Part shown: positions 46,340-50,442 of the stretch, one piece after another
Numbering within the stretch: position 1 is the stretch's first letter
Layout: every line of letters begins with the position of its first letter
Assembly: GCA_964440975.1 (NCBI GenBank)
Contig: CAYYKI010000003.1
Span: 1 to 50,442 of the forward strand
DNA: 50,442 bases
Direction: 5' to 3'
DNA from: an uncultured Candidatus Saccharibacteria bacterium
Lineage (GTDB): Bacteria > Patescibacteriota > Saccharimonadia > Saccharimonadales > CAZNVG01
Notes under the pieces: generated by a model
Seen by the model: the letters and a program-made list of their open reading frames with translations, nothing else
Database searches by the model: none
What the model was told of the DNA's origin: nothing
Program-made: the position numbers and the translations under genes

Positions 46340-46388
46340 TGCGAATACTATTAAACAGGCTAAGAATAACTTTCAACCAATTTGTTTT

Positions 46389-47198
46389 ATGTTTTCTGGA
46401 ACTACGTTTACTAATTACTCAGGCAGCGTCCTTGGAGGCCACCAAAAAATCGACCGAGCGGCCTACCGACGCTTAAGCAAGTCGATCGATATGGCTATTT
46501 TCCCAAGTATCAAGGAAATAATTCATTTTGAAGGGCGTAATGGGCCCGATGGCATTAAGGGCAAGAGCCCCGGGCAGGACGAACCGTGGCACTACTACAA
46601 CCCCTATGACAAAAACGACCACGGCATCATTGATATTATTGCACTACACTACAATGCACTAGTAGTTGCGCTGCGCGATGGCGACAGACACAAGTCCGCC
46701 TTTGAGGCAGCCTGGTTAGCCCATGCAATCGTGGACGGTCTCACGCCTGCCCACCACTATCCATATGAAGAAGAGCTGGAACGTTTACGCGGTGAAGGGC
46801 TCGAATCGCGAGACACTGTCTTTAAAAAACTGATTATTCCTGGAGATACCGTTCGTGACGCCGTGCAAAAGAACTGGGAGATGTGGGGCAGCAAAGGGCT
46901 CCTCACCACCCATGCGCTATTTGAGTGGGGCGTGGCACTACTTATTGCTCCCGTTAATTTATCTCGGCATAAACTGAGTGTCAAAGATCAACAGCAGGTA
47001 CAGCAGCTCGGCTGGGAGAAACTATTTAAACAGGTCGCTGTCGAAATCGCCGACCAGGATATATACCATGCTTACTACGACCACGGCTGGACCAAGAAAA
47101 TGATGCATGCCGTTAAAAGCTTTTTGGTGCCAAAAATGGTAACCACCGTTGCACAAATTTGGTACCTGGCAATTGAAGAGGCCAAGGCAGGCAACTAA
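46389..47198 (+). CDS. Hypothetical protein; possible zinc-dependent PLC / S1-P1 nuclease-fold protein
   Basis: 269 aa. LAHAIVDGLTPAHH matches the HxxxDxxxPxH metal-site pattern of that fold. Additional conserved-looking His/Trp residues are present. Confidence 0.6.
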   Translation: MFSGTTFTNYSGSVLGGHQKIDRAAYRRLSKSIDMAIFPSIKEIIHFEGRNGPDGIKGKSPGQDEPWHYYNPYDKNDHGIIDIIALHYNALVVALRDGDRHKSAFEAAWLAHAIVDGLTPAHHYPYEEELERLRGEGLESRDTVFKKLIIPGDTVRDAVQKNWEMWGSKGLLTTHALFEWGVALLIAPVNLSRHKLSVKDQQQVQQLGWEKLFKQVAVEIADQDIYHAYYDHGWTKKMMHAVKSFLVPKMVTTVAQIWYLAIEEAKAGN

Positions 47199-47731
47199 TG
47201 CGAATCATAGCCGGCAAGTTAGGCTCGCGTGTATATAAGGATGCCCCAGGCAATCGAACCCACCCAATGAGCGAATCGGTACGCGGTGCGCTATTTAATA
47301 TCCTGGGTGACATATCAGGCAAAACTGTGCTTGATCCGTTCGGCGGAACAGGCGCTATCGCATTTGAGTCTATTAGCCGTGGTGCAGCCGAAGCTGTCAT
47401 CATTGAGCGTGACAGGGCAGCGGCAAAGATTATCGCCGAAAATATCGCTGACCTAGGCCTACAAAGCCAAGTGACTATCGTCAGCGCCAATTGCAGAATG
47501 TGGAGTGAAAATAACCAAGACAAGCAGTTTGATCTAGTAATTGCCGACCCACCGTATCATGATCTGCAGTTATCCACAGTTTCATTATTAATTAGGCATT
47601 TAAAGCCGAAAGGGCTTATGGTACTATCGCATTCAGGAAGAGGAGGTCAAGTGCCCGCCGTTAATGGGGTTGTTGTGGTGGACAATCGAAGTTATGGAGA
47701 CGCGGCACTCTCCTTCTTCCAACTAAGTTAG
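47198..47731 (+). CDS. rsmD: 16S rRNA (guanine966-N2)-methyltransferase RsmD
   Basis: R..P....R.T....R.ALFN.L, DPFGGTGAIAFESISRGA and DPPY. Confidence 0.9.
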   Translation: MRIIAGKLGSRVYKDAPGNRTHPMSESVRGALFNILGDISGKTVLDPFGGTGAIAFESISRGAAEAVIIERDRAAAKIIAENIADLGLQSQVTIVSANCRMWSENNQDKQFDLVIADPPYHDLQLSTVSLLIRHLKPKGLMVLSHSGRGGQVPAVNGVVVVDNRSYGDAALSFFQLS

Positions 47732-47743
47732 GAAGAAATCAGC

Positions 47744-47773
47744 AAATACACCGATTGTGGTGTATTTTCTTTT
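47744..47773 (+). terminator. Rho-independent terminator after rsmD
   Basis: 9-bp stem AAATACACC/GGTGTATTT with a 6-nt loop, followed by TCTTTT. Confidence 0.7.
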
Positions 47774-47808
47774 ATATTCGAATCTTATATTTATTAGCTG
47801 GTTCGATC

Positions 47809-47817
47809 TGTTATAAT
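47809..47817 (+). promoter_or_regulatory. Extended -10 promoter for tRNA-Leu
   Basis: TGtTATAAT ends 9 nt before the mature tRNA 5' end. Confidence 0.45.
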
Positions 47818-47826
47818 GCTTGATAC

Positions 47827-47911
47827 GCGCGAGTGGTGGAATTGGTAGACACGCTAGCCTTAGGAGCTAGTGCCGCAAGGCGTGAAGGTTCAAGTCCTTT
47901 CTCGCGCACCA
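47827..47911 (+). tRNA. tRNA-Leu (anticodon TAG), class II with long variable arm, CCA encoded
   Basis: Hand-folded cloverleaf. Acceptor stem GCGCGAG/CTCGCGC. Anticodon stem CTAGC/GCTAG with loop CTTAGGA. T arm GAAGG-TTCAAGT-CCTTT. The sequence closely parallels E. coli tRNA-Leu. Confidence 0.93.
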
Positions 47912-47974
47912 GTAACTTTTATGTTGACACAGAAAATCAGCTAGGTGCCCCGCTGGCTCAAACGAACAGCATCT

Positions 47975-47983
47975 TGTTATACT
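47975..47983 (+). promoter_or_regulatory. Extended -10 promoter for hisS
   Basis: TGtTATACT lies 7 nt upstream of ATG 47991. Confidence 0.45.
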
Positions 47984-47990
47984 AACCGTA

Positions 47991-49301
47991 ATGAATAACT
48001 TATCTACACAGCCGTACAAGGGCACTCGAGACTTTTATCCGGTTGATCTGCGTTTACAAAAGTACATATACGGGGTTTGGAGAAAAGTATCTGAACTATA
48101 CGGATACGAAGAATATGACGCGCCGCTTATTGAACCGCTTGAGCTATATCTTGCTAAAAGTGGGTCCGAAATTGTAAACGAACAAACCTACGCGTTTGAA
48201 GATCGGGGTGGTCGCCAAGTAACAATTCGCCCCGAAATGACACCAACGGTATCGCGCATGGTCGCAGCCCGAAGACAAGAGCTCGGATATCCACTCCGCT
48301 TATTTTCGATTCCTAATGTCTGGCGGTATGAGCGACCGCAAAAAGGTCGTTTGCGAGAACACTGGCAATGGAATGTTGACCTGTTTGGCGTGGGGGGACT
48401 CGAAGCAGAAATCGAACTAATATCTATGAGTCGAGATGTCATGAAGGCATTTGGTGCTACACCAGACATGTACAAAATTAGCGTCAATAGCCGTAAGCTT
48501 ACCCACGTAATAATGAATGATTATTTGGCACTGGACGAAATACAAGCAGAGCAAATGATTAAGCTGCTTGATCGATATCATAAGCTTCCGGCCGAAAGCT
48601 TTGAAGCAAGCGCGAACGAAATATTTGGCGGATCAGCAGATGAAAAGCTTCCTAAACTCAATCAACTTTTGACCGTTAAAAACCTAGAAACACTGCCAGA
48701 CGAACTAAAAAACCGAGAAGAAATACGTGCAATTCAAACCGTATTATCTAGGCTCCAAGATCGCACAATTACAAATGCCGTATTTGACGTAAGTTTAATG
48801 CGTGGCTTTGATTACTACACCGATATTGTTTTCGAAATTGCCGACACCAACCCTGAAAATAGCCGTTCTATGTTTGGTGGTGGTCGCTACGACGGCCTAG
48901 TCGGGCTATTTGGTGTAGACCCGGTACCGACCGTCGGATTTGGTATGGGTGACGTGGTAATTAAAGACTTTTTGGAAACCCATCATTTACTACCGAACCT
49001 ACAAACCGAAACCGATGCATACATCGTAGTCATTGGTGACGCAGTGGCGGGTGCCGATAGACTGGCGAACCATCTTAGGGGCGAGGGGGTAACGGTTGCC
49101 GTCGACTATTCTGGGAAGAAGATTGATGCGCAGATAAAAAACGCACTAAATAAGGGTATTCCCTACGCGATATTTGTGGGCGAACAGGAAGTTACTGAGC
49201 AGCAATTCAACCTAAAACACCTCCCAACTAATCAAGAAGAACGCCACGCGCCTGATCGAATTGCAGCCATGATTTTAGATGGCCGTCGCCAGAAAAACTA
49301 G
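47991..49301 (+). CDS. hisS: Histidine--tRNA ligase
   Basis: Class II motifs (YKGTRDFYP, FSIPNVWRYERPQKGRLREHWQ, GGGRYDGL) and an anticodon-binding C-terminal domain. Confidence 0.93.
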   Translation: MNNLSTQPYKGTRDFYPVDLRLQKYIYGVWRKVSELYGYEEYDAPLIEPLELYLAKSGSEIVNEQTYAFEDRGGRQVTIRPEMTPTVSRMVAARRQELGYPLRLFSIPNVWRYERPQKGRLREHWQWNVDLFGVGGLEAEIELISMSRDVMKAFGATPDMYKISVNSRKLTHVIMNDYLALDEIQAEQMIKLLDRYHKLPAESFEASANEIFGGSADEKLPKLNQLLTVKNLETLPDELKNREEIRAIQTVLSRLQDRTITNAVFDVSLMRGFDYYTDIVFEIADTNPENSRSMFGGGRYDGLVGLFGVDPVPTVGFGMGDVVIKDFLETHHLLPNLQTETDAYIVVIGDAVAGADRLANHLRGEGVTVAVDYSGKKIDAQIKNALNKGIPYAIFVGEQEVTEQQFNLKHLPTNQEERHAPDRIAAMILDGRRQKN

Positions 49302-49436
49302 CTTTTCGACGCACCGATCAGCACTTGTCGTAAATCGTCGCCGATAGTGCGTTACTGCTTCGTGCTTTGTATGCCATCACGAGAGCCATACTTCTTATGC
49401 TCGCTATCTGAGCCAACTGATGTATACTAGCCCAGT

Positions 49437-50442
49437 ATGAAATCCACTATCACTTCAAAATCACCCACTGAGCTTACCGTTTCTATAACTGCTGACGTTG
49501 CTGAGCTCGAAGCTATTAAAAAAGTTACCCTAAAACGACTTGGTACGGATGTAAAAGTGCCAGGTTTTCGTGAAGGCAAAGCACCGGCAGAGATGGTCGA
49601 GAAGCACCTCAGCCGCGATCTCTTCCTAAATGAGTTCTTGGACGATGCCATGAGCCGACTATATGCCGATGCTGTCAACCACCATAAACTGCGACCCGTC
49701 ACTCGACCCGAAGCTGAGATGAAGAAGTTTGTACCATTTAGTGCTCTCGAATTTTCAGTAAATCTGCAAGCGATTCCTGAATTTTCACTGCCCAAGTACC
49801 AGGGACTTGCTATACCGGCAAAACCCCAGAAAGTAACAGACAAAGACGTCGTCGCCGTCATCGAAAACCTACGACAACGCATGGCTAAGAAAGAAGATGT
49901 CGAAAGGGCTGCTAAAAAAGGCGACCAAGTGTGGATTGACTTCGATGGTAAAGACGCCAAGGGTGCGGACGTTGCTGGCGCTAGTGGTAAGGACTACCCA
50001 TTAGCACTTGGCTCTAACACTTTTATACCTGGCTTTGAAGATAATCTTATCGGTGTCAAAAGAGGTGATAAAAAATCATTTACAATCACTTTTCCTAAGG
50101 AGTACGGCGTCAAAGCACTACAAAACAAGAAGGTTACTTTTGACGTCACTGTTAATAAGGTGCAGTCTGTTACACTGCCTGAAGTTGACGACAAACTGGC
50201 GTCTGAAGCAGGCCCGTTTAAATCTGTAGCTGAACTAAAGACTGATATTCGTAAGCAGCTAGAGTCCGAAAAAGACACTGAGGCGAAGCGCAAACAACAG
50301 AACGACATCATGGAGCGCCTCATCGCCGACACCAAGCTTGAAATCCCTCCAATTATGCTCGAGAACTACGAAAAAGACCTTATGGTCGACCTTGAGCAAA
50401 ATATGCAGTACCGAGGAATCACCTACCAGCAATACCTAGAAC
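49437..50442 (+). CDS. tig: Trigger factor (5' partial; runs off the window end)
   Basis: Absent from the ORF track because no stop is reached. The frame from ATG 49437 is open to the window end. Has the VPGFREGKAP ribosome-binding-domain motif and an FKBP-like middle domain (GDQVWIDFDG...IPGFEDNLIG). The minus-strand ORFs 49427-49960 and 49994-50335 are its shadows. Confidence 0.88.
   Translation, partial: MKSTITSKSPTELTVSITADVAELEAIKKVTLKRLGTDVKVPGFREGKAPAEMVEKHLSRDLFLNEFLDDAMSRLYADAVNHHKLRPVTRPEAEMKKFVPFSALEFSVNLQAIPEFSLPKYQGLAIPAKPQKVTDKDVVAVIENLRQRMAKKEDVERAAKKGDQVWIDFDGKDAKGADVAGASGKDYPLALGSNTFIPGFEDNLIGVKRGDKKSFTITFPKEYGVKALQNKKVTFDVTVNKVQSVTLPEVDDKLASEAGPFKSVAELKTDIRKQLESEKDTEAKRKQQNDIMERLIADTKLEIPPIMLENYEKDLMVDLEQNMQYRGITYQQYLE

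Noticed and set aside
49427-50335. Two minus-strand ORFs (49427-49960 and 49994-50335) listed in the ORF track.
   Set aside because: The plus strand holds an open frame from ATG 49437 to the window end that encodes a clear trigger factor. The minus-strand ORFs are its shadows. The real gene is missing from the track only because it has no in-window stop.
1-50442. A search for CRISPR arrays, IS elements/transposases, integrases, phage genes, toxin-antitoxin pairs and rRNA genes.
   Set aside because: No spaced direct repeats, terminal inverted repeats or recombinase/transposase-like ORFs were seen. Every long ORF is either housekeeping or a single ORFan embedded in an operon. The window looks like core chromosome rather than an accessory island.

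Overview
This 50.4-kb chromosomal window is almost fully coding: about 47 CDS and one tRNA-Leu. I found no rRNA, CRISPR array, transposase, integrase or prophage signal. TGA is used as a stop codon, so the genetic code is standard. The content is core housekeeping:
- Redox: a glutaredoxin-like protein, a HAD hydrolase and trxB.
- Sugar-phosphate metabolism: a supercluster of gap, rpiB, rpe-like, split transketolase, class II aldolase and a PfkB kinase.
- Replication and repair: uvrB, dnaE, radA, recG and rnhB.
- Translation: gatC-gatA-X-gatB, tyrS, hisS, rplS, rsmD and tig.
- Other functions: nusA, clpC, pepN, PBP1A, an orphan type IV pilus ATPase and two cell-surface proteins.

The split tkt, the many ORFans, the convergent genes with overlapping stop codons and the monoderm-style surface protein suggest a reduced-genome Patescibacteria/CPR (Saccharibacteria-like) organism. 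That assignment is inference only.

I see no obvious defence island or mobile system. The observations most worth following up are:
1. A membrane-anchored protein with a HEPN-like RNxxxH motif, translationally coupled inside the gatCAB operon.
2. A near-perfect CIRCE (HrcA operator) overlapping the clpC promoter.
3. A recurring (TGn)TAnnnT -10 box only 6-11 nt upstream of many ATG codons, implying widespread leaderless mRNAs.
4. An uncharacterised 413-aa protein coupled to a LOG/TIGR00725-like protein at the end of the pentose-phosphate cluster.
5. A promoter-proximal intrinsic terminator in the nusA leader.
6. A membrane HExxH coiled-coil protein coupled to radA.
7. A TyrRS that lacks both histidines of the HIGH motif.

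All coordinates, spacings and motifs were read by hand from the sequence. No database searches were run.
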